From Pseudomonadota bacterium (GTDB lineage: Bacteria > Pseudomonadota > Gammaproteobacteria > Burkholderiales > Burkholderiaceae_C), in the NCBI GenBank assembly GCA_040389085.1, contig JAZKAP010000023.1:7556-39555 (forward strand): a stretch of 32,000 bases of DNA, written 5' to 3'. Position numbers and translations under genes: made by a program. A model generated the notes under the pieces. That model saw nothing but the letters and a program-made list of their open reading frames with translations. It searched no databases and was not told the DNA's origin. How positions within the stretch are numbered: position 1 is the stretch's first letter; every line of letters starts with the position of its first letter. Positions 24,047-32,000 of this stretch are shown here, piece after piece.

Positions 24047-25684
24047 TCAGGCGGCCGCTGAACGCACACGTTGTCGCAGCTGCGCCTTCAAAATTTTCCC
24101 CACCGGGTTGCGCGGGATGATGTCAAGGTACTCGATGTGTTCGGGCAACTTGTAGGCCGCCACGCCGATCTGCTTCAGGTGGCCGACAATATCCTCCAGC
24201 GTCGGCGGCTGCGCCTTGTCCTTGGGCACGACGTAGATACAGGTCTTTTCGCCCATGATCTCGTCGGGCACCGCCACCGCCGCCACCTCCTGCACGCCGG
24301 GATGGGTCAGCACCAGGTTCTCGACCTCGGCGGCGCTGACGTTGTAGCCACCGCGAATGATAATGTCCTTCTTGCGGTCGAAAAACCCGATGTGGTGCGC
24401 GTCGCGCACGATGAAGAAGTCCCCGGTGCGGCAAAAACCGTCAGGCGTGAACGTGCTTTTCGCCAGGTCCGGCCGCTGGTAGTAGCCGGCAAACACGTTG
24501 GGCCCGCGGTAGACCAGCTCGCCCACCTGGCCCGGCTGCGTGCATTCGGCGTCGACCTCGTCGAGCAGCTTCATCTCGACACCCCGTATGCCCGAGGGCC
24601 ACGCAACGCCCGGAAGACCCCACCACGGAAAGTGATCGGCCCGCTTGGCGAAGTCGGGCACGTCCCGCGCGCCGGCAAACACCGCGGTGCCTTCGGTCTG
24701 CCCCCAGGCATGCAGGATTTCGATGTTCCAGCGCCGCTTGAACTCCTCCATGCTCCAGCGCGAGGGCTGCGCCGAACCCGAGGCGATGCAACGCACGCCG
24801 GAAAAGTCGAGCTGGTCGACGTTGGGCAGCTTGAGAATCATGTTCAGCACGGCCGGCACCAGCAGGGTGAAGTGCACCTGGTCGTGCATCAACTGCTTGA
24901 GCAGTAGCGGCATGTTCAGCGGGTGATGCAGGAGCGTCGTGCCACCGATGGCCAGCGAGGCCAGCCAGGTCGCCACGCCGGTCATGTTGACCACCGGCGC
25001 CGTTGCCAGCACCCGGTCGCCTTCGTGCAGCCCGGCGGTCTGCGGGATCAGGTTCATCTGGAAGAGCCAGTTATTGTGCGACATCGGGCAGCCCTTGGAG
25101 AGGGCTTCGGTTCCGGACGACCAGCACAGGCTGAAAATGTCGTTGGCATCGACGACGATGGCGTCGAGCCGGGCGATGTCAGCCGCACCGCGCGCCATCT
25201 CGGCGATGCGCTCGATCGGCAGCGCGACAAAGCCGGTCTTCTCGGCGATGGCCATTTGGTCGGCGCCCTTGAAATCGCGCATCCCGAAGAAAAAGCGCGC
25301 CTCGGTGAGGTTCTTGACGTTCTGGAACTCATTGTCGCGCCATTGAATCGGCATCGGCGAAAGCACGCCCCCGGCACGGCTGACCGCGAGAAACATGGCT
25401 ACCAACTCCCAGACGTTGGGCAGTTGCACGACGACGATCTCGTCCTTGCGCAAGCCCATGTCCAGCAGCCCGGTCGCGATGGCATCGACCGCTGCCGACA
25501 ACTCCCGATAACTCAGGCTCTGTGCCGCTGTGCCGGTGAGATCCGGCCGATCCGCCGGGTCGACCACGGCGGGCCGCTCCGGCGCCTTGGCCGCCGTCTC
25601 GCGCAGCAAATCGAGCAGGGTACGTCGTCCCCAGTGACCGCTTTCGGTGTAGTGCTTCAAAGCCTCTGTGCTGTGCAGAATCAT
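24047..25684 (-). CDS. AMP-dependent synthetase/ligase (aryl/alicyclic-acid-CoA ligase-like) with a divergent P-loop
   Basis: 545 aa; AAGAGGAGA SD. The N-terminus YTESGHWGRRTLLDLLRETAAKAPERPAVVD resembles the DhbE/EntE-like ligase subgroup. The P-loop reads WSSGTEALSKGCPMSH instead of SSGTTGxPKG. Later motifs are TGDFFIVRDAHHIGFFDRKKDIIIRGGYNV and GKILKAQLR. Confidence 0.85.
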   Translation of the reverse strand: MILHSTEALKHYTESGHWGRRTLLDLLRETAAKAPERPAVVDPADRPDLTGTAAQSLSYRELSAAVDAIATGLLDMGLRKDEIVVVQLPNVWELVAMFLAVSRAGGVLSPMPIQWRDNEFQNVKNLTEARFFFGMRDFKGADQMAIAEKTGFVALPIERIAEMARGAADIARLDAIVVDANDIFSLCWSSGTEALSKGCPMSHNNWLFQMNLIPQTAGLHEGDRVLATAPVVNMTGVATWLASLAIGGTTLLHHPLNMPLLLKQLMHDQVHFTLLVPAVLNMILKLPNVDQLDFSGVRCIASGSAQPSRWSMEEFKRRWNIEILHAWGQTEGTAVFAGARDVPDFAKRADHFPWWGLPGVAWPSGIRGVEMKLLDEVDAECTQPGQVGELVYRGPNVFAGYYQRPDLAKSTFTPDGFCRTGDFFIVRDAHHIGFFDRKKDIIIRGGYNVSAAEVENLVLTHPGVQEVAAVAVPDEIMGEKTCIYVVPKDKAQPPTLEDIVGHLKQIGVAAYKLPEHIEYLDIIPRNPVGKILKAQLRQRVRSAAA

Positions 25685-25761
25685 GATCAGTCTCCTCTTT
25701 TAATGTATTGCCGGGGAGAGGGGAAGACGCATCCGCCGGCGCGCAATCCCGGCAAGCGGAA

Positions 25762-26433
25762 TCAGAAACCGTGAAAGCTGGCGAAGGCCTCCACCTCGGC
25801 ACGCTCGGTTATAAAAGCGTTCTCCGGGGCCGACAGATCCTCGTGCCCGAGGGCGATGCCGCAGGCGAGAATTTCATGGTCGCTGATAGGCAGTTGAGCA
25901 CGCGCCACCTTGTGGTACCAGGCAAACGCCGCCTGCGCACAGGTGTGCAGGCCCTGTGCGCGGGCGGCCACCAAAATGTTCTGGATGAACATGCCCAGAT
26001 CCATGAAGCTGCCGGTATTCAGGCGGCGGTCGAGCGTGACGAGCAGCCCGACCGGCGCGTCAAAGAACGTGTAGTTGCGCAACATCTGGTGCTCACGCGC
26101 CGCCACATCATCGCGGGCGATGCCCAGGGTGGCATACAGACCGAAGCCGCAGCGACGCCGGCGCTCCAGATAGGGTTCGACCCAGGTGGTGGGGTAATAA
26201 GCGTACTCGGGCTGGTGGCGATCAGGCTCGTGCGTGGCCGCATCGATGAATGCCTCGCACAGCCGATGCCGGGCCTCGCCCGCCACCGCATACACCTTCC
26301 ACGGCTGCACATTGTTGCCACTCGGGGCCCGCGCCGCCACGCGCAGGATGTGCTGCACGACCGAAGTGGGTACGGACGTGGATAGAAACCGCCTGACCGA
26401 TTTCCGGCTGCGGATCGCTTCATCGACATGCAC
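25762..26433 (-). CDS. Nitroreductase-family flavoprotein
   Basis: EAIRSRKSVRRFLSTSVPTSVVQHILRVAARAPSGNNVQPWKVYAV and the C-terminal ACGIALGHED are typical of the family. I prefer GTG 26433 (VHVDEAIRSRKSVRRF, family-typical N-terminus, 223 aa). An in-frame ATG at 26544 would give 260 aa but overlaps the divergent gene start. Confidence 0.8.
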   Translation of the reverse strand: MHVDEAIRSRKSVRRFLSTSVPTSVVQHILRVAARAPSGNNVQPWKVYAVAGEARHRLCEAFIDAATHEPDRHQPEYAYYPTTWVEPYLERRRRCGFGLYATLGIARDDVAAREHQMLRNYTFFDAPVGLLVTLDRRLNTGSFMDLGMFIQNILVAARAQGLHTCAQAAFAWYHKVARAQLPISDHEILACGIALGHEDLSAPENAFITERAEVEAFASFHGF

Positions 26434-26542
26434 GGATGGACCGCCTTTCTGTGCTTTCTGACTGCGTAGCGTTACGGAGAAGAAACGATGCGCGGAGACT
26501 GGACCGCTGGACTCCAACACGACGTTCGGATAGGATTGCGAC

Positions 26543-28513
26543 ATGAATTCTACCAAACAACCGTTTGACTGGGTGCCCACCCAGGAACTGATTGTGCAAT
26601 CAAACCTCACGGCATTCCTGCACAAAGTCAGCGAGTCCAGCTTCGAGAGCCTGGGCGCTCGTGCCGATGCCGATCCGGCCTGGCTGATGCAAGAGGTGTT
26701 CGAATTTTGCGACATGCGCTTCTACCAACCCTACACGCAGATGCTCGACACCTCGCGCGGCATTGAATGGGGTCGCTGGTGTGTCGGCGGCACCACCAAC
26801 ATCGTGCTGAACTGCCTGGACCGGCACCGCGGCACGCCGGTGTGGGATCAGACCTTCCTGGTGTGGGAAGGTGAAGACCCGAAAAACCGCAAATCATTAA
26901 GCTACGGCGAGTTTGACGCCGAAGTCTGTCGCCTGGCCGCGGCGTTGCAGTCGCTGGGTATTGGCCGAGGCGACCGGGTCGGCCTGTACCTGCCCAACCT
27001 GCCGGAGACCTTCGTCGCGTTTTTTGCCGTACTGAAGATCGGTGCCGTGTTGATGCCCCTGTTTTCGGGCTTCGGGCCGCAACCCATCGTCGCCCGCCTG
27101 AACGACGGCGAGGCCAAGGCGGTACTGACGGTGGACGGCACCTGGCGGCGCGGCACCCCCGGCGTCATGAAGTCGGTGCTTGACGAAGCCCTGCGCGAGG
27201 TACCCAGCGTGCAGCACGTGGTGGTGCTGCGCCACCTGGGTGAAGCGTCCCCATGCCCAATGACACCGGGACGCGACCACGACTGGGCCAGCCTGGTCGC
27301 CGCCCAACCCCATGACCTCCCGACCGCCGAGATGGAGGCCGACGCCCCCGCCGTGCTTCTCTACACCTCGGGCACTACCGGCAAGCCCAAGGGCTGTGTC
27401 TGGACGCACGTCAGCTTCCTCGGCTCGATGGTCACGCGCGACATGCACATCTGCGCTGATTTCAAACCGAATGATCGCTTCTTCTTCATGAGCGACATGG
27501 GCTGGATGGTGGGCGCCATGTGCGCCTGCATTCCCAGCTATTTCGGTGGCAGCCTGCTGGTGGCCGAGGGCACGCCCGACTTTCCCGACACGGGTCGCTT
27601 CTGGCGCCTGGTGCAGGACCACAAAGTCACCTATCTGGGTGTCGCGCCCACGCTGATCCGCAGCCTGATGCGCTACGGCGACGAAGAGGTCGAACGCTAC
27701 GACCTGTCCTCACTGCGCATCACCTGCTCCGGCGGCGAGGCCTGGACCGAGGCGCCCTGGCGCTGGTTCTTCAAGCACGTCTGCAGGGAACGTCTGCCCT
27801 TCCTCAACATTGTCGGCGGCACCGAGGTGGGCGGCTGCAACTTCACCGGCACCCTGCACCATCCCTTGCGGCCGGGCTCGTTCGGCGCGCGCGGGCTTGG
27901 CGCCGGGGTCGATATCGTCAATGATAACGGCCAACCGGTCGGCGCGGGCCAGGTCGGCGAGCTGGTGCTGCGCAACCCCAACATCGGCTTCACCAAGAGC
28001 CTGTGGCAGGACGATGAGCGCTACCTCGACAGCTACTGGCGCACCCTGCCCGGCGTCTGGGTGCATGGCGACTTCGCGATGCGCGACGAGGACGGCCTGT
28101 TCTACATCCTGGGGCGCAGCGACGACACGATCAAGGTCTCGGGCAAGCGCACCGGCCCGTCGGAGATCGAGACCCTGCTCACCGGCACCGGCAAGGTGTC
28201 GGAGGCCGCGGTGATCGGCGTGCCCGACGAGATCAAGGGTTCGGCCATCGTCTGCGTCTGCGTGCCGATGCCCGGCGTGGCGGCGGACGCGGCGCTGCAG
28301 GCCGAACTGTCGCAGGCGGTCGTCCATGGCATGGGCGCCTCCTACCGCCCCAGGCAGGTGCTGCTGGTCAGCGACCTGCCCAAGACGCGCAACATGAAAA
28401 TCATGCGCCGCGTGGTGCGGGCCGTGTACCGGGGCGACAATCCGGGCGACCTGTCTTCGCTGGTCAACCCGGAGGCGGTGGCCGAGTTGCAGGGCAAACT
28501 TGCAAAAGTTTGA
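26543..28513 (+). CDS. Acetate/propionate--CoA ligase-family (ACS-like) acyl-CoA synthetase
   Basis: 656 aa. The ACS-type N-terminal domain reads GIEWGRWCVGGTTNIVLNCLDRH. Other motifs are P-loop YTSGTTGKPKGCVWTH, WMVG, GGTEVGG, HGDFAMRDEDGLFYILGRSDDTIKVSGKRTGPSEIE and LPKTRNMKIMRR. Confidence 0.88.
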   Translation: MNSTKQPFDWVPTQELIVQSNLTAFLHKVSESSFESLGARADADPAWLMQEVFEFCDMRFYQPYTQMLDTSRGIEWGRWCVGGTTNIVLNCLDRHRGTPVWDQTFLVWEGEDPKNRKSLSYGEFDAEVCRLAAALQSLGIGRGDRVGLYLPNLPETFVAFFAVLKIGAVLMPLFSGFGPQPIVARLNDGEAKAVLTVDGTWRRGTPGVMKSVLDEALREVPSVQHVVVLRHLGEASPCPMTPGRDHDWASLVAAQPHDLPTAEMEADAPAVLLYTSGTTGKPKGCVWTHVSFLGSMVTRDMHICADFKPNDRFFFMSDMGWMVGAMCACIPSYFGGSLLVAEGTPDFPDTGRFWRLVQDHKVTYLGVAPTLIRSLMRYGDEEVERYDLSSLRITCSGGEAWTEAPWRWFFKHVCRERLPFLNIVGGTEVGGCNFTGTLHHPLRPGSFGARGLGAGVDIVNDNGQPVGAGQVGELVLRNPNIGFTKSLWQDDERYLDSYWRTLPGVWVHGDFAMRDEDGLFYILGRSDDTIKVSGKRTGPSEIETLLTGTGKVSEAAVIGVPDEIKGSAIVCVCVPMPGVAADAALQAELSQAVVHGMGASYRPRQVLLVSDLPKTRNMKIMRRVVRAVYRGDNPGDLSSLVNPEAVAELQGKLAKV

Positions 28514-28532
28514 GGCTGGTTGTGCGCCACCC

Positions 28533-28550
28533 CCTGCCCTGACGGGCAGG
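28533..28550. terminator. GC-rich hairpin between convergent genes
   Basis: CCTGCCC-TGAC-GGGCAGG (7-bp stem, 4-nt loop). The T-run (28564-28568) lies 13 nt downstream, so this is not a textbook intrinsic terminator. Confidence 0.3.
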
Positions 28551-28567
28551 ATGGGCCCCCGGATTTT

Positions 28568-29038
28568 TCACGCCTTTGACGACGTCGCCGCGGTATGCGA
28601 CGCCGTCAGCAAATCGCAAACAACCTGCAGTTCCTCGTCGTCACGCGGCCCATAGACCATCACGATGTTCCCGGGCAGGCCATATTGACCCGCCAGCGGA
28701 TGCAACTCCGCCCAGCCGTTTTCGATGACCTGGGGAACGCTCTCGGGCGGCAAGGTCATGTGCAGGCTGCCGTCACTGGGCGGGTGGATGTGGGCAAACT
28801 CCTTGCCGAACATGAAGGCGCCGAAGGACTGGCATCCGCATCGCGGTAAATAAAAGGCGCGCGCTCCGGGAACAGACACCTGGCTCGGGCCAACTTCTAC
28901 GCCGCCCAGAGACTGCCCCCTCTCGAAAACAAGCTCTTGCAGTTCTACCGGCGCATTCTGTTCAAGCTGCGTATGCGGGTTGCTTGGCGTCGTCCGCGGG
29001 CGAGCGCCACGGCGCTGATGGCTGAGATAACTTGTCAT
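28568..29038 (-). CDS. Hypothetical protein, luciferase-like-domain (DUF5519-type) family
   Basis: 156 aa. The pattern GKEFAHIHPPSDGSLHMTLPPESVPQVIENGWAELHP....G.....VMVYGPRDDEELQVVCDLLTASH matches what I recall for the small bacterial 'luciferase family protein'. Assignment is from memory only. Confidence 0.5.
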   Translation of the reverse strand: MTSYLSHQRRGARPRTTPSNPHTQLEQNAPVELQELVFERGQSLGGVEVGPSQVSVPGARAFYLPRCGCQSFGAFMFGKEFAHIHPPSDGSLHMTLPPESVPQVIENGWAELHPLAGQYGLPGNIVMVYGPRDDEELQVVCDLLTASHTAATSSKA

Positions 29039-29148
29039 GCGGTTCTCCGTCTTCGCACTTCATCGTTTGTCGCTGTACACCTGCCGCGTGGGTTACAGGA
29101 AACACCCCCCGGCGACAGGCGCCTACCGGCCCAGCAAGCCACCGCCAT

Positions 29149-29970
29149 TCAGACCCCGCCTTCCTGGCCGAACCTGAAGCTGGAGACGGTGACGCCGCCA
29201 AAGAAGCCTTCCTCGTGGTACACGCACACGGCTTCATCATGCCCGGCGGCGCCCACCGCCACCATCAGGGGCAGCAGATGGTCTTCTTGCGGATGGGCCA
29301 CGCGGGCGGCCGGCGCGTCTTGCCAGTCGATCAGTCGCTGCGCACGCTGCTGCGAATCGGTGGTGATCAAGGTCTGCTGCAGCCAGTCATCGAATTGCTT
29401 TGACGGCACAGCGGCGGACGGCCCCATGCGGCGCAGGTTGTGGTAGCTCAGGCCGCTGCCGACGATCAGCACGCCCTGCTCGCGCAGCGGCGCCAGGGCA
29501 CGGCCGACGGCCAAATGCTCCGCCGGGTCATAGCCCACACGCAAGGACAGTTGCACGACCGGCAGGTCGGCCAGCGGGTACATCACAACCAGCGGCGCGA
29601 AGGTGCCGTGGTCAAAACCGCGCTGGGCATCAAGCCGCGCCGAGAACCCTGCGACCTGGATCAACTGCCGCACCTGCTCGGCCAGTGTGGGCAGGCCCGG
29701 CGCCGGGTACTGGACGTGGTAGGTGTGTTCGGGAAAACCGAAGTAGTCGTAGACCATGGGCGGCCGCGCGGCGGCCATCACGGTGAACTCGCGCTCCTCC
29801 CAATGGGCGGAGATCACGAGCACAGCCTTCGGTCGGGCGCCGAGCTGGCGCGGCATATCCCGCAGGGACTGCGCCAGACGGTCGTACATGCCGTTGGATT
29901 GCGCCATCATGTACGGCCAGGGTCCGCCGCCGTGCGAGATGAAGTAGGTCGGCAATCGCTCCGTTGTCAT
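29149..29970 (-). CDS. Class III extradiol ring-cleavage dioxygenase (LigB superfamily, DODA/YgiD-like)
   Basis: 273 aa. Motifs are PTYFISHGGGPW, VLVISAHWE, MVYDYFGFPEHTYHVQYPAPG, FDHGTFAPLVVMYP, VLIVGSGLSYHNL and HPQEDHLLPLMVAVGAAG, the YgiD/4,5-DOPA-dioxygenase pattern. Confidence 0.88.
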   Translation of the reverse strand: MTTERLPTYFISHGGGPWPYMMAQSNGMYDRLAQSLRDMPRQLGARPKAVLVISAHWEEREFTVMAAARPPMVYDYFGFPEHTYHVQYPAPGLPTLAEQVRQLIQVAGFSARLDAQRGFDHGTFAPLVVMYPLADLPVVQLSLRVGYDPAEHLAVGRALAPLREQGVLIVGSGLSYHNLRRMGPSAAVPSKQFDDWLQQTLITTDSQQRAQRLIDWQDAPAARVAHPQEDHLLPLMVAVGAAGHDEAVCVYHEEGFFGGVTVSSFRFGQEGGV

Positions 29971-30053
29971 GGGTGCGGCCCGCGGCGATGCTGAATAAGT
30001 CCTGGCGCTGGGCTGCGCCCCGCAGCGGGATGGGATGCAAGGCGCAAACCACA

Positions 30054-30073
30054 GCCATAGCCCAAGCTATGGC
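30054..30073 (-). other. Perfect 8-bp-stem hairpin between the CDGSH and dioxygenase genes (possible attenuator or RNA-processing site)
   Basis: GCCATAGC-CCAA-GCTATGGC at 30054-30073, inside the 174-nt gap between the two same-strand genes. Confidence 0.3.
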
Positions 30074-30144
30074 GCGGATTTGCAACGCCGCAGACCGCCC
30101 GTTGCGGGGATGCAGAGCGCGCTGAGGACTTGTTCAGCATTGCC

Positions 30145-30384
30145 CTACAGTGCTTTATGCGTGCCGTCGCAAAGCGCGCCGTTCTTGCTCTGCTTGCAGC
30201 CGCAAAAATACACCGTCTTGCTTTCATCGGCGCTGTACTTGGTCGGCACGAACTCGCCACCCTTGTGGCTGCCGTCGCAGAACGGCTGCGACTTGCTGAG
30301 ACCGCAGGCACACCAGTAGTAATCCTTGTCTTTTTTCACATCAATTGCGAACGGGGTGGTCGCGGCGATCTGCGGCTTGCTCAT
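30145..30384 (-). CDS. CDGSH-type iron-sulfur domain protein (two CDGSH motifs)
   Basis: 79 aa; AGGAGA SD. The two copies of the zf-CDGSH signature are CACGLSKSQPFCDGSH and CGCKQSKNGALCDGTH. Confidence 0.9.
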   Translation of the reverse strand: MSKPQIAATTPFAIDVKKDKDYYWCACGLSKSQPFCDGSHKGGEFVPTKYSADESKTVYFCGCKQSKNGALCDGTHKAL

Positions 30385-30533
30385 GTTGCTCTCCTGAGAA
30401 TGATTAAGAAATTAAAAAGTGGTACTGCATTGGTTCAAGGTATCAACGAAAACGTGGTTTATGGGCTGCCTCTTTGAGACTGGATGTCTACGACTGGACT
30501 GACCATGAGGAATAGCTTAATGTTTCATTTCGG

Positions 30534-30556
30534 TTAATCAATAGCTATAAAATTAA
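30534..30556. promoter_or_regulatory. AT-rich imperfect dyad, candidate LysR-type regulator binding site
   Basis: TTAAT-CAATAGCTATAAA-ATTAA with the central palindrome ATAGCTAT. It lies 29-51 bp upstream of the LysR ATG, in the divergent region shared with the CDGSH gene. Confidence 0.3.
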
Positions 30557-30584
30557 CACATCATTTCCTCACAAGAAACCATAA

Positions 30585-31484
30585 ATGGATCGACTGACCA
30601 GCCTTCGCGTCTTCAGGGAAGTGGTCGAGGCCGGCGGCTTTTCCCGCGCCGCAGCGCGCCTCACCTTGTCTGCGCCGATGGCGAGCAAGCATGTCGCCCA
30701 GCTCGAACGCGACCTCGGTGCGAGGCTGCTGCACCGGACCAGCCGCAAGCTCAGCCTGACGGAGGCCGGCGCGGTGTACTACGCACAATGCTGCGAGGCG
30801 CTCGACACGCTGCAGGCGGCCGAAGCGGCGCTTCGGCAAAGCGCGCAGGCACCACGCGGACAACTCAAGATCAGCGCCCCCGTCTGGTGTGCAAACCGGC
30901 GTTTCGCCGACGTACTGGTGGCCTACCGCAACAGATATCCCGAGGTGCTGGTCGACATGCGGCTGGAGAATCGCAAGATCGACCTGGTGGCCGATGGCTA
31001 CGATCTCGCGCTGCGCGCCACGCGCGAACTGTCCCCGGCGCTGATTGCACGGCCGATTTGTCCCGTGCAGTTCCACCTGGTCGCAACCCCGGCCTACCTG
31101 AAGCGCGAAGGCTCTCCTCGCAGACCCGCCGATCTGTCCAGGTGCAGCGCCGTGGTGCCCAACTACGTGAACGTCGATGGCCTCGAAATGCAGGGGCCTG
31201 CCGGCAAGGCGCGGATCAAGCTGCATGCGGTGATGCGCTCGGACGACAGCACGCTCACCTATCATGCGGTGCACGCCGGCATGGGCGTGGCGCTCCTGCC
31301 CGAGTGGACGGTAGACGACGATCTGGCCGCGGGCCGCCTCGCGCGCGTGCTGCCGGCCTACACGGTGCCCCCATTCACGCTGTACGCGGTTTACACGAAT
31401 CGACAGTACATGACACCCAAGCTAAGGACCTTCATCGACTTCTTCAGTGAAGCGCTTGGTGCTGGCAAGTCTGTGGCGCAATAG
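30585..31484 (+). CDS. LysR family transcriptional regulator
   Basis: 299 aa. The N-terminal HTH reads MDRLTSLRVFREVVEAGGFSRAAARLTLSAPMASKHVAQLERDLGARLLHRTSRKLSLTEAG. The C-terminal substrate-binding domain reads AVYTNRQYMTPKLRTFIDFF. Confidence 0.92.
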   Translation: MDRLTSLRVFREVVEAGGFSRAAARLTLSAPMASKHVAQLERDLGARLLHRTSRKLSLTEAGAVYYAQCCEALDTLQAAEAALRQSAQAPRGQLKISAPVWCANRRFADVLVAYRNRYPEVLVDMRLENRKIDLVADGYDLALRATRELSPALIARPICPVQFHLVATPAYLKREGSPRRPADLSRCSAVVPNYVNVDGLEMQGPAGKARIKLHAVMRSDDSTLTYHAVHAGMGVALLPEWTVDDDLAAGRLARVLPAYTVPPFTLYAVYTNRQYMTPKLRTFIDFFSEALGAGKSVAQ

Positions 31485-31526
31485 CCAGATCAATGAGCTG
31501 AGACTGTTGTGAGCCCCGGGTGTCGA

Positions 31527-32000
31527 TCACTTCGCCGCTGATCGTGCGCACAAAAGCTGCGCCTGAACAGACCGCACAAAATCAACGATGGACACGTCGG
31601 CAGCCAACACGCTGTTGCCGATCAATACGTTCCAGTGCGCTTCCGAGCCGTGGGCGATGCGCCACTCGTGCAGGCGCCGGGTCAGCAATTGCAGGTCATA
31701 TTCTTCGGCAATGCCAATCGCGCCGTGCAGCGCGTGGGCAATGGATGCAACCAGCACCGCCGCCTCGCTGGTGCGGGATTTGGCCATCGCGGCGGCGAGC
31801 AGGGACGGTGCCGCAGCGTCGGTGTGGAAGGCGGCCTCGGCTGCCATCGAGGCCGCAGCGACGTGTTCGGCCATGACGCTCAACTGGTGCTGTACCGCCT
31901 GGAACTTGCCCAGCGTTTTGCCGAACTGGACGCGGTCATTACAGTATTGCAGTGTCATTTCGAACACACGGGTCATGGCCCCGCTGAGCAGAGCGGCGTA
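31527..32000 (-). CDS. Acyl-CoA dehydrogenase, C-terminal domain; 5' end lies beyond the right window edge
   Basis: The frame stays open to nt 32000 (YAALLSGAMTRVFEMTLQYCNDRVQFGKTLGKFQAVQHQLSVMAE...AHALHGAIGIAEEYDLQLLTRRL), the typical ACAD C-terminal helical domain. Confidence 0.85.
   Translation of the reverse strand, partial: YAALLSGAMTRVFEMTLQYCNDRVQFGKTLGKFQAVQHQLSVMAEHVAAASMAAEAAFHTDAAAPSLLAAAMAKSRTSEAAVLVASIAHALHGAIGIAEEYDLQLLTRRLHEWRIAHGSEAHWNVLIGNSVLAADVSIVDFVRSVQAQLLCARSAAK

Noticed and set aside
25708-25755. Inverted repeat TTGCCGGG ... CCCGGCAA (28-nt... loop) between the nitroreductase and the ligase, considered as a terminator.
   Set aside because: The loop is too long, there is no T-run, and it lies directly upstream of a strong SD for the next gene. 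It is more likely incidental GC-rich symmetry or mRNA structure within an operon.
26434-26544. The long form of the nitroreductase starting at ATG 26544 (260 aa).
   Set aside because: The extra 37 residues (MSQSYPNVVLESSGPVSAHRFFSVTLRSQKAQKGGPS) have no counterpart in the family, which normally starts a few residues before the RKSVRRF motif. That start would also overlap the divergent ligase start. It cannot be excluded without data.
1-32000. CRISPR arrays, rRNA/tRNA genes, long tandem repeats, and defence or toxin-antitoxin modules.
   Set aside because: Reading both strands showed no regularly spaced direct repeats, no conserved rRNA/tRNA sequence blocks and no small paired ORFs of TA type. 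Coding density is explained by the annotated genes.

Overview
High-G+C proteobacterial window. It looks Betaproteobacteria-like from protein families and codon bias, but that taxonomic guess is inference only. All calls rest on motif recognition and hand translation; no searches were run.

Main system: a minus-strand operon encodes a copper membrane monooxygenase (CuMMO) of the PmoCAB/AmoCAB family in C-A-B order (13760-14539, 12921-13673, 11669-12910).
- It is translationally coupled to a small secreted, C-terminally anchored PmoD/AmoD-like protein (11058-11669).
- A type II quinohemoprotein PQQ alcohol dehydrogenase follows (8869-11034).
- After a ~290 bp spacer come DUF2147, CopC and an unusual CopD / cytochrome c / Cys-less thioredoxin-like fusion (5648-8580).
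- Divergent from xmoC is an aldehyde dehydrogenase / GMC alcohol dehydrogenase / acyl-CoA ligase trio (14762-19628) in the same family order as alkH-alkJ-alkK. A convergent 895-aa MalT/AlkS-type LuxR regulator sits at 19677-22364.
- The window holds no MxaF/XoxF methanol dehydrogenase, hydroxylamine oxidoreductase, AlkB or rubredoxin. I therefore read this as a candidate short-chain hydrocarbon oxidation island rather than a methane or ammonia system.

Island edge: the copD side abuts a mobile-element graveyard at 3959-5607.
- It contains a truncated tyrosine recombinase and the 3' fragment of an IS1380-family element nested in a truncated IS66-family element.
- It also contains a remnant of a hotdog thioesterase gene.
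- xmoCAB is visibly less GC-rich than every neighbouring gene.

Rest of the window:
- Acyl-CoA metabolism: four adenylate-forming CoA ligases, two SCP2-type thiolase-like genes (one lacking the nucleophile Cys and paired with a DUF35 protein), a nitroreductase, a TetR regulator, and a partial acyl-CoA dehydrogenase at the right edge.
- A LysR-linked CDGSH / class III extradiol dioxygenase / luciferase-like-domain operon.
- No rRNA, tRNA or CRISPR array was seen.
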